In this document: positions 63,372 through 64,000 of the stretch, in pieces
Numbering within the stretch: the first letter of the stretch is position 1
Layout of the letters: every line of letters begins with the position of its first letter
NCBI GenBank assembly: GCA_934162445.1
Contig: CAKPIT010000002.1
Location: 77,379 to 141,378 of the forward strand
Origin: an uncultured Bacilli bacterium
GTDB lineage: Bacteria > Bacillota_I > Bacilli_A > RF39 > UBA660
Reading direction: 5' to 3'
Length of the DNA: 64,000 nt
Translations under genes and position numbers: made by a program
The notes under the pieces: model-generated
Seen by the model: the letters and a program-made list of their open reading frames with translations, nothing else
What the model was told of the DNA's origin: nothing
Databases searched by the model: none

Positions 63372-64000
63372 ATGAATGATTTATTGATTGCTAATGATGC
63401 TTCTATTAAGGATATAAAAGAAGTTATAAAGAAGTTATCTTTAACTGATGATGATGTTGAGTTATATGGAAAATATAAGGCGAAGGTTACTAAGACTAAG
63501 GGAGAAAAGAATGGTAAAATTATTTTAGTAACGGCTATTAATCCAACCCCTTATGGAGAAGGAAAGACAACGGTTTCAATTGGGCTTGCTGATGCTTTTG
63601 GCCAGCTTGGAAAAAATGTTTCATTAGCTTTAAGGCAGCCTTCGTTAGGACCTGTGTTTGGGCTTAAAGGTGGGGCTACGGGTGGCGGTTATAGTCAAGT
63701 AATACCAATGACTGATATTAACTTACATTTTACTGGGGACTTTCATGCTATTACTTCGGCTAATAATTTAATTAGTGCTGCTATTTATAATCATATTCAA
63801 AATGGAAATAGTCTTAATTTTGCAAAAGTTGTTTTCAATAGATGTTTGGATGTTAATGATCGAAGCCTTCGTAATATTTCTTTTTCATGTAATGATGAGA
63901 TATATGAAGATCATTTTAAGATAACAGCGGCATCAGAGATAATGGCTTTGTTTTGCCTTGCAAAGGATCTTGATGATTTAAAGAAGCGTCTTGCTAATAT
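63372..64000 (+). CDS. fhs: Formate--tetrahydrofolate ligase (5' part, runs off the window)
   Basis: The ATG at 63372 has a GGAGG RBS. Translation [18 protein letters not shown]...[26 protein letters not shown]...[10 protein letters not shown] is the FTHFS signature. Confidence 0.85.
   Translation, partial: MNDLLIANDASIKDIKEVIKKLSLTDDDVELYGKYKAKVTKTKGEKNGKIILVTAINPTPYGEGKTTVSIGLADAFGQLGKNVSLALRQPSLGPVFGLKGGATGGGYSQVIPMTDINLHFTGDFHAITSANNLISAAIYNHIQNGNSLNFAKVVFNRCLDVNDRSLRNISFSCNDEIYEDHFKITAASEIMALFCLAKDLDDLKKRLAN

Noticed and set aside
1-64000. CRISPR arrays, rRNA operons and restriction-modification or other recognisable defence systems.
   Set aside because: No direct-repeat/spacer periodicity was seen, there are no rRNA-like conserved stretches, and no methyltransferase, Cas or other defence signatures were found among the ORFs.

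Overview
This 64 kb window is a very AT-rich (~27-28% GC), gene-dense chromosomal segment from a Firmicutes genome, transcribed almost entirely on the + strand. The standard genetic code applies: TGA terminates yabG and lgt, and UvrA, EF-G and EF-Tu read through at full length.

Core content, in order:
- A Bacillus-like sporulation/housekeeping block: rsmA(ksgA)-yabG-veg, spoVG, yabP-yabQ-divIC, tilS-ftsH, mscL, dus, lysS.
- clpC, then cysS-mrnC-rlmB followed by a SigH-like sigma factor.
- uvrA, lgt, trxB, yvcK-whiA, and an inverted clpP.
- rpsL-rpsG-fusA-tuf.
- A FemAB-family gene, murD, eno, secG, and the rnr-(capA-family)-smpB-tmRNA cluster.
- tRNA-Thr, a divergent ThyX-like gene, cdaA-cdaR, a ClpB that lacks the N-terminal domain, a phosphoketolase, a sortase with a surface-protein substrate, an ArsR/CadA-type pair, tmk, and the 5' end of fhs.

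The most interesting feature is a ~2.95 kb insertion at about 48.17-51.12 kb. It carries a large serine recombinase plus three small cargo ORFs and appears to split a lipoprotein gene into an N-terminal fragment with a signal peptide and lipobox and a C-terminal fragment that resumes at the same pentapeptide, VYVLT. The junction sequences are imperfect inverted repeats. In a genome that carries yabG, spoVG, yabP, yabQ and whiA, this resembles the skin-like developmentally excised intervening elements of spore-formers.

Other notable observations:
- A CIRCE (HrcA) operator overlaps the promoter of the N-domain-less clpB, and no ctsR is present at clpC or clpP.
- An in-frame TAA stop interrupts a sortase-substrate surface protein gene.
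- An ISL3 transposase remnant lies next to the inverted clpP.
- A YugP-family membrane metallopeptidase homolog has HExxH changed to HFxxH.
- A ThyX-fold protein lacks the RHR motif at its canonical position.
- A 27 bp near-identical sigma-E/K-type promoter plus RBS motif sits in front of both yabG and yabP.
- An unusually large 690 bp non-coding gap separates the tmRNA and tRNA-Thr and contains ~20 bp inverted repeats.

Everything here is inferred from reading the sequence; no database searches were possible.
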